DNA of 64,000 nt from Macrostomum hystrix (Eukaryota; Animalia; Platyhelminthes): NCBI GenBank assembly GCA_950097015.1, contig CATNEN010000001.1:16430001-16494000 (forward strand), read 5' to 3'. Shown one piece after another: positions 37,627 to 49,990 of this stretch. The notes beneath the pieces were generated by a model. It was not told the origin of the DNA. It made no database searches and saw only the letters and a list, made by a program, of their open reading frames with translations. The position numbers were made by a program, and so were the translations under genes. Position 1 is the first letter of the stretch; every line of letters starts with the position of its first letter.

Positions 37627-38329
37627 ATTGTGCAAATTCAAATAAATTGAATCGAATTCATATTCACTGGACAAATAATTGTTTCGTGTTGCTTTTTCTT
37701 ATTTCCTACTGAAAATGAGAAACTTAATTGACACAGCTTATTGCAACGATCTCTTTAGAACTTCAAATGATGAAGTTTTAGAGCTTAATTGAATGTTTTC
37801 AATGATTGTTTTCAATTGTACAAACATCGACATCACAGTATGCAAAATAAAACATTATCAATAAAGGGAACTCAATGACAGCTGATAAGTTTAATAATTG
37901 CTATGTAAATACTCATTTTCAAAAACAGTAACGATGATGATGGATTTGCAGAAGGCTCTGCCAACAAGACAGTATCATTGCACATAGATTTGACATACAA
38001 GTCAATTTAAAATTAGATCCCATTTTGATAGTTCAAAATGGTTAGCTAATATCAATGGCTAATTAAATATCAATGGATAAATTTCTAATCTCCTTTCTTT
38101 TTCTTATTGATTCCAGTTCTGATCAGATCCTATTTCTCATCTGACCTCTTTTCTTAGTAATCCATTTTGTATCATTCTTCATTATAAATGCATGCCTGAC
38201 AATTTATCTTTTAAAATAGAATAAGGCAGGTACCAGGTGTGCAGATTCATGAATCATGGGACTGGTCTTTGTCCACTGAAACATTTTTGAATGTTTTTTT
38301 TTAATGTTTTTTTTGAATGTTTGAATCAT

Positions 38330-38830
38330 GAGCCATGGTTCAAACTCTGGTTTAGCCATAATTCAAACGCTGGATTAGCCATGATTGAAACTCGGGTTTA
38401 GCCTTCATTCAAACTTTGGTTTAGCCATGATTCAAACTCTGGTTTAGCCATGATTCAAACTCTGGTGTTGCCATGGTTCAAACTCTGGTTTAGCAATGAT
38501 TCAAACTCGGGTTTAGCAATAATTCAAACTCGGGTTTAGCCATGATTCAAACTCTGGTTTAGCCTTGATTCAGACTATGGTTTAGCCATGATTCAGACTC
38601 CAGTTTAGCCATGATTCAAACTCTGGTTTAGCCATGATTCAGACGCTGGTTTAGCCATGATTCAGACTATGGTTTAGCCATGATTCATACTATGGTTTAG
38701 CCATATTTTAGACTCTGGTTTAGCCATGATTCATATTATGGTTTAGCCATAATTCAGACTCTGGTTTAGCCAAGATTCAGACTCTGGTTTAGCCATGATT
38801 CAAGCTCTATTTTTGCAATGATTCAATCTC
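38330..38830. repeat. 23-bp minisatellite, 5'-subterminal
   Basis: Same unit as 4645-5372. Confidence 0.93.
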
Positions 38831-39439
38831 AGATTTTCTTTTGTTTATAATATTTTATTTACGAAATGAAAAAAAATAAATTAAAATAATATTCAATCAC
38901 TACTGGCTGAAAATTTGTCTAAATGATTTGACGCAGTGCAGAATCGAACCCTAGCCTAGCCTAACTTATTCCTAGTGCCTACACATCGGCTATTCCGACT
39001 GTTGGTTAGTGGGTGCAGAAATCAGCCTTATAAAATGAATTCTCAAAGTTCTGGATTTGTACAATGAAGTAAGAAAATAGAGTACACTCAGTCTCGCGGT
39101 TGGTTGTGTTCATTTATTTCCAATTTGTCTCCAGAGTGCAGGCTTCAAATTCAATCAGCTAGGGGTTGTTGCGCAATTTGACGATGCAATTCTAATTCAG
39201 TGGCTGTCAGTGAAATTCTCAATAGGCCAAAATGGTTTGACCTTTTAAAAAAATCATGTTTTTCGAATATTTAATCCCTTTAGCAATAAAGTTAAGGTTA
39301 ATAAAAATACGTGTATAATTGTCCCCATATTTGGCATCTTTTGGTGAAGAAATGGTGAAAATCGGTTGAGCCGTTCGGGAGAAAATCAATTACAACCAAC
39401 CAACCAAACAAGCAACCATTTCATTTTTAGTATAGTGGA

Positions 39440-40197
39440 CTAGCAAGTTTTGCCCCCCTTTGGGAGCCTTATTCAGTACTTTAAAGTGAAAATAATACGA
39501 AAATAATAATGTTCTCTACTTAAAATAGGAATTTTTGGAGATCGTTAATAACGCATTTTAGGTAAAACAAAACTATTAACTGTTTTACAGTTTCTTTTTT
39601 AGAGCCAATTTATGTCAACGTTTTTGATAAAATGATCTTACTAATTTTATACATAAAATTGTTTAGAGCACTTTTTATAGTTGTTACTGAAAATGAAATT
39701 AATGAAATTTATTCCAAGAAATTCCTACTATCCGAGAAATGACTTGCTTTATTCCGATTTTCTTGTTGCTTGGATTGCTCATGTGTACTACAGTTTTATA
39801 CACATCCAGACAAATTTTGACTTTCTTCATTTGTAAGTAAATTTCTAAGCCCTGCTCATCGTACTAACTGCGACTGCAATGTTCCGAACAATAAGTAGCT
39901 CAGCATTGCAACTATTGCCATTGAATGAGGCCCCTCTTATTATAATAAATGACTTAAAGAGTCAGTTCAATGCAGCTATCTCATTGTGAATGGACTTTGC
40001 AAAAGCAACTGGAGCTACATCCTTCGACCTTTGGTTTGTCGCTTTTAATAAAGCTAACACTGGCTATATATAGCTATGATATATGATATATATTATCATA
40101 CTAAATTCCCCGACCCCCTCTCTTTTCTAGTCACACTCCTCAGCAGACTTCTCTTTTCTTTTTTGCCTCATTCACATTGTCAAATCTTATTTTGAAT
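39440..40197 (-). mobile_element. Helitron 3'-terminal segment abutting the next unit's 5' end
   Basis: CTAG at 39440-39443 with a weakened hairpin. Homologous to 5991-6750. No matching 5' end was found. Confidence 0.85.
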
Positions 40198-40403
40198 CTT
40201 ACACATTACATTTACATGATTATAAATAAAAATAATAATTCTGAAAATGAAAAATATATATATAAACTGCTTAAAAGTTTTGAGCTTCTTCTAGATTCTT
40301 TTAATAAATATTTTAGCCTGGTGATTAGATTCATTAGGTATAAATTGGATATACAAAGAATGAGTATTTAGATAACTATAATTTCATTATTCTTTTTCAG
40401 ATT

Positions 40404-41397
40404 ATGGCTGAATTCCTGAACTGTCCGATATGTTTCGTAGAAAAAAATCTGCATGTAGCAAGGTCTGACAACATGAGGAAACATATAATTAACGTTCATA
40501 AATTGAACACCGATTCTACGGAGTTAGCAATAAAAGTTGCAAAGCTTAAAAAGTATAAAACATCGGAACTTCACATGTGCCCCATGTGTACACGTAGGCA
40601 CAAGAGACTCATTGCGCATGCATATGAAGGCAAAGCACAATGAAGTGATGCCGAAGACGCTGGACGAGGCACAAAACAACGCAAAGAGTTACTTCTCGAT
40701 GTGCACCGAATTTTTTCGCTGTGGATGCATGGGCCAGGTGCTTAGGCATCCCAGGAATAGGGCAAGTATTGCTAAATAGTACTTTGCTAAATATTACCGC
40801 GTTTACGAGAAGTGCATATATTTTAACAGTGATGTATATATAGTAACAATTTTGTTTTACGAACTACGTACAAAAAGCGTGGAGGCAAGTAAGATTAAGG
40901 ACTAGTCTATGTAACAAAAATTCAAAACAACTTCCCCGTATCCAGGCTGCGAAACGTCCACAAAGCTCGTCAAGTGACCAAGCCAGCAAACGGACAAAGG
41001 TAAGTATTTCGGTTCTGCAAACCATTATTCTAATGATTTTTTTACTTTATATAATTTTCTGAAAGCCTGTAGTAACACTTTTTAGAATCAAAATAAATGA
41101 ATATTGTAATTGGTTTTCTGTAAGCATTAAGTAACTTTTTCTAGACTATAAAAGTGTCATCCAAAATCTAAATTTTTCCTCAATCTGGCTGAAATGCTTT
41201 CCCAGTGGCAAACGAATGATGATGTGCCTTGCGAGCCTCACCTTTCGGCCTCACCTTGCGAGCCTCTGGTGCCTCTGGTGCCTCAGTGTGACTCGGCCTC
41301 ACCTGAGGGGCCACCACATTCGGCCTCGGCCAGTGCCAGCAGTGCCACAACGGTGCCGAAGAATAGTCCAACCGGCCGTGGACATTCTCATGAAGCG
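40404..41397 (+). pseudogene. Decayed double C2H2 zinc-finger gene, copy 1
   Basis: CPIC...RSDNMRKHIINVH and MCPMC/..GTRDSLRMHMKAKH, with a frameshift near 40590. The block 40305-41545 is duplicated at 49895-51005. Confidence 0.7.
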
Positions 41398-43419
41398 GTG
41401 AGTATGTCACAATATTCACGTCATTCCTAAAGAATTTATCAGACAGTAAATTCAATGTATTTTTGTGTCAGAAAGTCCAACATTATTTCGCGTAGTAAGT
41501 TTTTCAGGAAGGGCACAATTCTTTTAGTAATCACGTTCAGATCAAAATTATAAAAAACAACCCTAACCCTAAACCCTAACTCTTATATGGAAGAGTATGG
41601 AAGCTGTATAAATAGCATATACATACTCTTCCATACTTTCTACGCGTCTGAGTTGGTTCAGAAAGGTTTTATTTTTTCGTTTGAAATTTGTAAGCTGACG
41701 AGGAATTTTGGACAATAGTTACTCCCTGCTTACCGTATGCTACTTTACATGACGAGGTATTTTTTAACTTATTTCATAGTTACTCCCTTCTTTATTACGA
41801 GCTAGAGAACTGGTCGAACTCGCATCGCTGGAAAGCGTCAAAACCTCATTGTCGAGACCAATAGGGGTGACTTAAAATTGCTGCCGCTTTGTCTATAAAT
41901 AAGCTGGACCTGTGCCACTTGCGCCAGTCGACAGAGCAATAATTGAAGTACCATCTGACGATTGCGGCACTCTAATAATAGATGCTCTCGTTTTGTTTTG
42001 GCAGTGGGTTAAACATGCATAATATCTCTATAGAATTTCCTATGTAATCTGCATACAAAGTCCCAGCTACTTCCTGACATCATAGGCTGGCTTTTTAGGC
42101 CGCAGATTTCGACGGCGATGGCTTCTACATTTATCATAGAGTACAGGGACTCAAAATTCGTCGAGATCTACAGGATTAAGGGGGGTCCTGAAATCGATTG
42201 TGCCACCTACTGACCTAAAAGTAGTCGTTTGTAAGGCCTAGGTATAGCCCACTTTGACGGGCTGCCATGTTTAAATGACTTGGTCTGAGCACGTGCGACT
42301 GGCGTCACTAGATGGCTGGTATAATTTTGAATCTGACGCCGTTTGTCAAGTAGATTTCGGTCCATCTAGAGCCAACCGGCAGCCGCTAGACTAAAGCGTC
42401 AAAATCTCCTCATACGCAATCTGCCAGTAGGGGGGTCCGGACCTATAGACGCACTTTAACGGCCTTCTGGTCGTTTTTTTTCGACGTTCTTGGTGTCATT
42501 GGAAAGCTCTAGAGATGTCCTATCGATTTGCCATCTAATAAAATGCTTGTCGATAAATGAAACCAACTTTGCTTGTTGAAGCCTGACTTAGTGAAACTGG
42601 CTTTTAAATTAGCTTTAAAAGCTAATCTAATGCTTTTGAATAGGCATGCTTACCGTAAGGAAAGCAAAAGGGTATCTTGTCTCGATTGGTTAGTTGGGTT
42701 TTGCACTACATACAGTACAGCCAGATATAGCTGTTGTACTGTCATAGTAGTGTTGTACTTATGGCTTATGACTATAAAACTCGAACTGTTCTGCAGCTTG
42801 GAAAATTATAGTAGCTAGCTATCTAGCTAATGGAATTGTCCTGGACAACAAATTGTTGTCAACGATAGTTTAAATAGCTAAGCAACCATTCAATATTAAT
42901 GGCTATAATGTAAAATACTATTTCATACATGCTACATAGACAATAATCTGTCTGTTTCTGGCTAGCTAGCTTAATTGATTTTAAAGTAATGTAGAGAAAA
43001 ATGCCAACAATATTGATTGAAATGGATAGTGAGAGCTACTTAAATGTAGCTACTGTATTGTATGCAGGGTAGCTATATTATATACTAGCTAATAGTCTAG
43101 CTATTACTAAGCAGTGTAGTAGCCATGCAGATTGCTGGCTTGACTAGCTGGCTAGACATTAATTTAATAATTTAATTTTAATGGTATTGGCCTAGATCTC
43201 TATTAATAGCTAGCTAGTAGCTATGGCCAAGCAAATTATATATAATTTGTTGTTCCTAGTAGGCCTAGGCTTAGCTCGCAAGATTCTTGGTCATAGCACC
43301 CTTGGTACCATTGTTCCTAATATATCTGTTGCCACTTTTCTGAACATATTGTTGTCCTTATTCATGCTTACTTGTCAATACTTGACCCTATCCTTTCTAT
43401 CCCTCTTCTAGCTAGTCAC

Positions 43420-44190
43420 TACATCCCTATCCCCTATCCCTTCTCCATAGCCCTCAACCTCAATACTTCCCCTAATAGCTGCTTTCTACCCATATCCTCC
43501 CTCCTCTTCCACTTCCTATCCTCCTCCCTGCACCCCCTCCTGCTGCCCTCTCACCTGCTTCCCACTTGCTGCCTCTCACCTGCCTCACCTTGCTACCCCC
43601 CACCCTCTCCCCCTCTTGCTGCCCTCCACACTCTTACTACCCTCCACCCGCTTCCCCCTCTTACTATCCTCCACCCTCTTGCTACCCTCCACCCTCTTGC
43701 TACCCTCCTCCCCCTCTTGCTACCCTCCACCCTCTACCCCTATTGTTACCCTCCACCCTCTTGCTACCCTCCACCCTCTACCCGTCTTGTTACCCTCCAC
43801 CCTCTTCCCCCTTTTGCTGCCCTCTCACCCTTTCCCCCTCTTGCTACCCTCCACCCTCTTGCTACCCTCCTCCCCCTCTTGCTACCCTCCACCCTCTACC
43901 CCTATTGTTACCCTCCACCCTCTTGCTACCCTCCACCCTCTACCCGTCTTGTTACCCTCCACCCTCTTCCCCCTTTTGCTGCCCTCTCACCCTTTCCCCC
44001 TCTTGCTACCCTCTCACCCTTTCCTCCTCTTGCTACCCTGCACCCGCTTCCTTCTTGCTGCCCTCCACCCGCTTCCCCCTATGCACCCCTCACCCACCCA
44101 CCTACCTACCCACTTACCTACTCACCCACCCCACCCACCACCCTTATCCACTGCCCCCCAGATCTCTCCTGTTCGTTGCATCTCCCCTAG
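43420..44190. repeat. C/T-rich low-complexity repeat (CTTGCTACCCTCCACCCT-like) with a ~180-bp internal duplication
   Basis: Strongly pyrimidine-skewed; 43672-43850 is repeated at about 43852-44030. Confidence 0.85.
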
Positions 44191-44218
44191 TTCATAACAC
44201 CTCTATTTGCAATTTCAG

Positions 44219-44557
44219 TAAGTTGTCTGCATGGAATGTGTTCTTCATGGAGCAGCAGAAGGGAAGAAAAGACTTCAAAGGTACGTTTCGTAATTTTCGG
44301 TGGGCATCCGCGTATTTTAGAAGTACACGAAATTATTGTTTCTTTTATGTATATTCTTCGAGGCTAATGCTTTTGTGATGAAATTTTTTTTCAATTTTTT
44401 TAATTAAGGCCAAGCTGCAAGTCTAAGCGCTACGTTCACGAATTTGCCTCCGGAAGAATTGACTCGTCTCCAAAATGTAGCCAATGATCTTAATGCTAGG
44501 CTAAGCTGCAGTATGAAAATTTCATCTGAAAAGCTAAATCGGAAATCTGAAGCTCTT
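44219..44557 (+). CDS. Two spliced exons (44219-44280, 44409-44557) encoding an HMG-box-like helical domain; gene ends not defined
   Basis: KLSAWNVFFMEQQKGRKDFK-G-QAASLSATFTNLPPEELTRLQNVANDLNARL. The donors GTACGT and GTAAGT keep the frame. Confidence 0.45.
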
Positions 44558-45629
44558 GTAAGTGATCCACGGTTTGTGTTCAGTTACTGTTTCGTCTCTG
44601 CAACAGTTGATACTATTTTATTATTGTTATCATATTTAAACCATATCTTATGTATGTGTTGAGGCCTTTTCGTACCAAATTTCTCGATTACCCCATTACA
44701 TTCCGAGCCGAACACCCGTCACGGACTATGCTTAAAAATAAATTGTTTTATTTAAATTTTTAATTGCATTTAATGCAAAATTGCAGAATATGGTGGATGC
44801 TCCGCCGCCGCCGCCGCCAGACGCGGAGCGAAGACTGAGACTGAAGACTGTTAGACTGAGACGCCTAAGATCAGGCAATCTTCGACTGAAAGTGCGGACT
44901 TAAAATATTAGAATATAATATATATTTGAATATTTATAGTTAATTATTTATAGTTGATTATATAGTTCAATATTATATTGAAAATTATATATTAAATTAA
45001 ATATTTATAATTGAATTACTTTTTTCAAAGTCCGCAGATTCAGCCGAAGATTAGTTGATGTGTTGTTTTTACACTCGCACAGGGATCGATTTTGTCTAGC
45101 CATAGTTATAGTTGAAGATAATTGTTAATTGTTATTTGTTAAATGCAGCTGTCGAATTGCGAAGCGTAACAGGCAAACAATCAGATTATATGGGCATCAG
45201 CAAAGTTGGTGCGTCATTGACACATGGCCGGAGGCCTATTTTGGATAATTGTGTTGCCTTCAATCTTCTTTCCTTCTTTGCTAACAGCGAAGCTACGGAG
45301 TCATTTTATCGCAGTACTTCATTCACTTTGATTTGATATTAACAATACGTTGTGCTAAAGCCTGCACTATTCCAGGATTAACTTGTGTCTGATGGCAGCT
45401 GCTGACTCTTGTTGTGCAATTCTGCCTAGTGCACTAGCCACGTGGCTACCTCTCTTCGACCTGTGGTCTAGATCAGTGATGCGCCTGCATTTCCAGTGAG
45501 TTACTTGACAAATTTTTAACGTGAATATGAATGAAGATCAAGTCCTGTTTCAATCTGTCCATCACTTGTCATTCTGGAATTCATTTGTCATTCTAAATCT
45601 GTCATTCTGGAATTCATTTCTGTTAGAAA

Positions 45630-45815
45630 TACCTGTTAGACCAAGAGCGTCATTTGATAGGCCCACAGCGTCAACTGTTAGACAGCGAGCGTCACCTGTT
45701 AGACAGAGCGTCACCTGCTAGACAGAGAGCGTCACCTGTTAGAGAGAGAGCGTCACCTGCTAGACAGAGAGCGTCACCTGCTAGACAGAGACCGTCACCT
45801 ATTATACAGAGAGCC
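45630..45815. repeat. 21-23-bp tandem repeat (GAGCGTCACCTGYTAGACAGA)n
   Basis: About 8 visible copies. Confidence 0.85.
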
Positions 45816-48256
45816 TGAGGTCAAGCGAATGGGCCTGGACGTCTGCTGTCTGGGTTGGCGGCTTTGGTGGCGTCACAGCGGAAGCGGCGGTGGCGCCACC
45901 GGCAGACGGAAGCAGGGCCAGGTGACACCCGTGCTGTCGATATTGGATCCGCAGACCTGCCTCACCGACGCCTGACTTGCGTGTTGAGAAAGTGCAAACC
46001 CTGGACTGACCTCAGCGAGACAGGTGGCAAGCTGTCTCGCCGATTACTTGCCAATTGAGAGGGGAAATTCGTGACTGACTTCCACATGTAGGATGCATCA
46101 CTGATCCAAGCCAAGCATAGGATGCATATATAACAGAGGGCTGTGCAGGAGCAGTCCAAAATTAATACATTTACAGAAATAAGGTATTTTGCAGACTTTG
46201 CACAGACCCATGCACAGTAATCAAATGTAATCAGGCGCAATCAACAGTAACGGTTTGTCCGCAGAAAGTTGATGAAATTTTAAAGACTGACTCTTTCTCC
46301 TGTTGCGCCCACCTTTGTATGTGCTCCTGATTAATCTGTGCTCATTATTGCTTATATGTGCTCATTCTTGTACTGCTGTGCTGCGATTCTGGCTACGATT
46401 CCTACGGCTTCTGCAACGAATCTATGAGCCTATGAGCCTTTGATTCAACATGCCGCTCATCTTATAAACGAGATATTTTTCCGTCACCCTGTCGAACGCC
46501 TTTTTTTCTTATCTGCTCACTCTTGCTAATCTGTGCTTTTTATTGTGTTTTTGTGTTTTTTTATTACAAAAATAACAAAAAGCGACTCATGCCTGATTAC
46601 GAGTATAAAGTTAAGCAACTGCTCATGCAACGTGTACATGAGAAAATTTTGAGATGCATTGTTTAATTCAGATTGCTTCTAGTCTCGAATCGCAATCCCC
46701 AACGACCCCAACGATTATTCACGACCCCCAACATTTATTTTATTTGGAGAGGTAACTGAATTTGAAATTGAATACAGAAGTGAATCCACCAGGTGGATTC
46801 CACCAGGTGGAAAAATGCATCCATCAGAGTGGGACCACTGACAGTCTGACTGTCTCCTCTGACCATCGCTGCCACACCAGTGCTAAATTTCGTCGAAGCT
46901 GCACTATATGGCCTAATATTAATAATATCTCGGATTCATCTACTGACAGACATATAAAGTACGGTACAGTAGTTGTACTGACTTTAGGTTAAGCCAGATA
47001 AACACACATATTTATTATTTTGATATGGTCAGTGTTCGTTAAACTCTGACTTACCTCATTATTGGCTTCGTTGCACACCTCATTTTGCTCATAGATGAGT
47101 ATAAGTTCATGACGAATGCTTCCCTTTAATTTCCGTTTCTCTGAGGGATGTCATATCCGTGTGACATTCAAAAAATCGTGCTGTGCATCCACAAGCTACA
47201 TGTATATATCTCACTGATAATTTGTAAACGGCTTCTTAAATAAGTGTAATAACTCAAAGGCAGAAGTAGGGCCAGAATTGAAACACAGTAGAGAACCAGT
47301 CTGATATCGCGGCTCCTTATATGTGCGTTCATGCAGTCTAATTTCCAGACCCTGGGGCTGGGGATTTGGGGGATCTGGGGATCCCAGACAGACGGCCCAC
47401 CCCAGTGGCACGCAAACCAAGCATGAGACACAAACATCAACGGGGGTGCACGCAGACAGTGGTGACAAGTGCATGCAAACGAGCTAAGCTAACATTGAAT
47501 GTCACATTGAATAACTAACAGTAATGTCACATAAGTAATTTGCAATTCCACAAATTAAAGCCCGTCTATTGACAACACATACAGTACATGCACAATTTAC
47601 ACTTTACAGTGTGAGTGATTCCAAGAAAGAAGCTGAAATATGGGCTGGGCTGGGCTGGGTTGAGAGGCCGCGGGACATGGAGCTGGATGAAAAGAAACTC
47701 GGCGATGGGCTGGGAGGCTGGGATGATTAAAAGAGACGAGCGTGGCACCAATTGTTGGTTTCTTGAGTTTTCCTAAACGACAATAGGTGCTCACAAGCTC
47801 CAGTTTAAGTTTATAACTCTGGCTACATAGTAATAATTAAGTAGTCTGTGTGGTGGGAAACGCATGCAGTTAAGGCCAAGCGTGGCACCAATTGATGGTT
47901 TCCCAGTGGGACGACCAGGAATTAACTTACTAAGTTCAGACTGCTCATGGTATTCTTATTAAATTAAGTCTTACGTGGTATTCTTACCAAGACCTTAGTA
48001 TACTGTCGTACAAAGAGTAGCAATAACAGTTCCCAGTTGTATTCATAATAAGGTCCTTAGAAAGTAATTCCTATAAGAATAGTCATACAATAATGTACAA
48101 AAGTTCTTGAAAAAAATTGCCAAGCAAAATCAGTATATTTAACCTTGGCAAAAATTTAAACATGATACATGTATTATGTTTCTACACATACATGTATAAC
48201 AAGCTGTACCATTAGACATATATATTCATATCTTTAACGGTATCCATTCGTACTAA

Positions 48257-48652
48257 TGTCAGTAGTATATGGCTGTCGTCGGTGTCCCAAGAGATTTGAG
48301 CACAATTTATCGAGTCGGATTCAATTGAAAATCCATTTCCTACACTAAATGATTTCCTACACCACTAAATTGGTTTCATGATTTCAAATGATTTCTACTC
48401 GAACTTATTAACCTGGAAAGTTACCTAGAAAATTTGACGAAATACATGCGAAAACATTTTAAGTACCTAGCCGATTGCTATAGCTACTGCTTCCATACTA
48501 CTAGGTACTGCGTTTTCTAAACTATTTTCGGACGAGAAATTCATTCGAGGCGGTCCGAGCTCAATATCTATTGATGAAAAAAAGCTATGACCATCTTCTT
48601 ACTTTTTAGTAATTTTATCGACTCTGACTACAGTCAGTAGTATATGGCTGTC
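48257..48652. repeat. ~370-bp dispersed repeat unit (GTCAGTAGTATATGGCTGTC...)
   Basis: Homologous to the tandem copies at 61938-62612. Confidence 0.8.
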
Positions 48653-49180
48653 TGTCACCTCACCCTCTCCTGTCACCTCTCTCCTCCGTCACCTCACTCT
48701 CTCCTCTCTGTGCCCTCACTCTCCTCTGTCACCTCACTCTGTGATTCCAAGAATACTAGTAATAATAGTAATAACAATAATAATTTAGTCAGTATACCTT
48801 GCAGCAGGTCACCTATGCTGTGCCTGTGCAGCACAACTTTTGCCAATGAGATGCGCTGATATGTTTTGATAAATTAGCTTATGTATTTTCCCCGAAGTTT
48901 GACACGGAAAATAATTGGTGAAAAGTCCTAGTTAGACAGAAACATTAATTGAACAAAGTACAGACCCTCACGTAAAAACACATACAGTGCACGCACAGTG
49001 AGCATAAAGAAAGCAGGAATTAGAGTTTGAGATTTTATGATTGTCAAACGCGTTTAGAACTTCAGAACTCTCTCCTCTCACTCCGCTGCTCGTTTGCAAG
49101 GGAGCACGACCATTGAAGAAATTGCATGACTACCAGGGAAAACTGAATAACATCTCAACAGCTCAACATCTCGGCATCCT

Positions 49181-49874
49181 GTGTCCGAAACTACTCCTGT
49201 TCCAGTGGAAGCTAGCACCGAGAATGATGTCGGTATGCCTGAGTCATTTGCTCCTCCAGTAGAAGATGTTGAATGGGTAGATTTTGACAGCTTTGCTGAG
49301 AAATACAGAGGCAGTTACGAGAAACATTTTCTCTTAAATCTGTGTTCCTCTTGCTATGAACACGAAGGTGTATATCGATGTGTTACTTGTCGACTTAGCT
49401 GATGTACAAGCTGTAAGAATGAGACACAAAAAGTTTTCAGCCCACAAGTTTCTCATATGGAATAAGGAGAGACTAATGTTTCAGGAACTGGATGCTACTC
49501 ACGATGCTTTTGAAATGTTTTGCTGCGCTTCTAGTAAATTGAATCTAAATGTCTGTGCGGCTACAAAAGTTGACCTTATAGATCTGTCTGGAAGCGTAAA
49601 GGTCATTTTTATTACCTGCGACTCCTGTGATCTTATTGGTGCACTCCTTTCCCATGGGTTCTTCCCTTGTTGCGAAGGGTCAAAGCCTGATTCAGATGGG
49701 TATGCATTCTTTTCTTTTACCTTTATGTCCCTGCTAGACAGTTTGTGTATAACTGGGAAGTTGCCTGTTCACAGAGCGGTCAGTACACTGCTCATTGGGC
49801 CAACTCTGGGACAAGGTACATATAATTTGGCTCTTGTAAAAAGCACATTTCTTCCGCCGGACTCTGATTTTTGA
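49181..49874 (+). pseudogene. CxC cysteine-cluster domain of the type associated with KDZ (Kyakuja-Dileera-Zisupton) transposases; stop and frameshift near 49400-49420
   Basis: CSSC...YRCVTC..*CTSC..RH....HKFLIW followed by VDLIDLSG..CDSC..LLSHGFFP..FFSFTFMSLLDSL. Confidence 0.55.
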
Positions 49875-49990
49875 CACCGGGAGATTTTTTTCTAAACATT
49901 TTAGCCTGGTGATTAGAGACATTAGCTATAAATTGGGTAAACAAAGAATGAGTATTTAGATAACTATAATTTCATTATTTTTTTCTGATT

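Larger units (their letters stand above)
36131..39439 (-). mobile_element. Second RPA + knuckle Helitron unit without RepHel; intact 5' TC end, 3' half lost
   Basis: 36131-37340 is nearly identical to 9446-10670. It is followed by the knuckle gene, the 23-mer array and the 5' end TCCACTATACTAAAAATG at 39439. Confidence 0.85.

Noticed and set aside
41558-41582. Telomere-like TAACCC repeats
   Set aside because: Only about three imperfect units, too short to interpret.
43372-44378. Pro/Leu-rich extensin-like ORFs
   Set aside because: Open in all three frames because of the low-complexity C/T repeat.
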